Of a stretch of DNA of 64,000 bases, positions 63,737 through 64,000 are shown piece after piece. Position 1 is the first letter of the stretch; every line of letters begins with the position of its first letter. The DNA is from Eledone cirrhosa (taxonomy: Eukaryota), in assembly GCA_964016885.1 (NCBI GenBank), contig OZ024741.1, positions 408,642,001 to 408,706,000 on the forward strand, given 5' to 3'. The notes beneath the pieces were generated by a model. The model had not been told where the DNA came from and searched no databases. It was given only the letters and a program-made list of their open reading frames with translations. The position numbers and the translations under genes were made by a program.

Positions 63737-64000
63737 GACACAGCTAGAGACTTATAGAATACTTAGCTGTGTACAGGAACTGGTTTGAAAGAGCGGTTGC
63801 CGGTCCGGCAGAAATTGGAAATTGGAATAAATGCTCTGAAATAGCGATATATATGTGAATATAGACATAGAATATTCGAAAATATTCTGTATGTTTATAA
63901 TAAACATTTTGAAGACCTAATCGCTATAGAATAGAATACGTCACGTATTACAATTAGATTCTCGATAAAAGCAAGGGAAGTAAGTCTACGCGTTTCATTC

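Larger units (their letters stand above)
62911..64000 (-). mobile_element. 311-bp tandem repeat carrying one hammerhead per monomer (non-LTR retrozyme-like), at least 3.5 copies, runs off the window end
   Basis: TGTGAATAT recurs at 62921, 63232, 63543 and 63854; monomers look identical. Confidence 0.85.

Overview
Eukaryotic, gene-free, repeat-only window. It is probably mollusc/cephalopod heterochromatin (inferred from the SINE/RTE style, not verified). It holds four satellite arrays (40, 14, 18 and 49 bp monomers) and a 311-bp tandem repeat. Mobile elements include a 5'-truncated Penelope-like (Neptune-type) RT/GIY-YIG element in ~905-bp inverted repeats, a non-coding LTR element with a tRNA-Trp PBS, decayed RTE and CR1 LINEs, and tRNA-derived SINEs. 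Two systems stand out. (1) Five co-oriented, young Tx1/L1-clade retrotransposons sit only inside the 18-bp satellite, all in the same register (GAC^TATATATATCTAG) and without poly(A). They show two ORF1 types, two 3'-end types, a conserved intron-like 5'UTR and one snap-back palindromic insertion. (2) Hammerhead ribozymes: one per monomer of the 311-bp array (retrozyme-like), plus a separate canonical one at ~19.55 kb. The huge ORFs in the 14-bp and 18-bp satellites are repeat artefacts. No host protein-coding gene was recognised.
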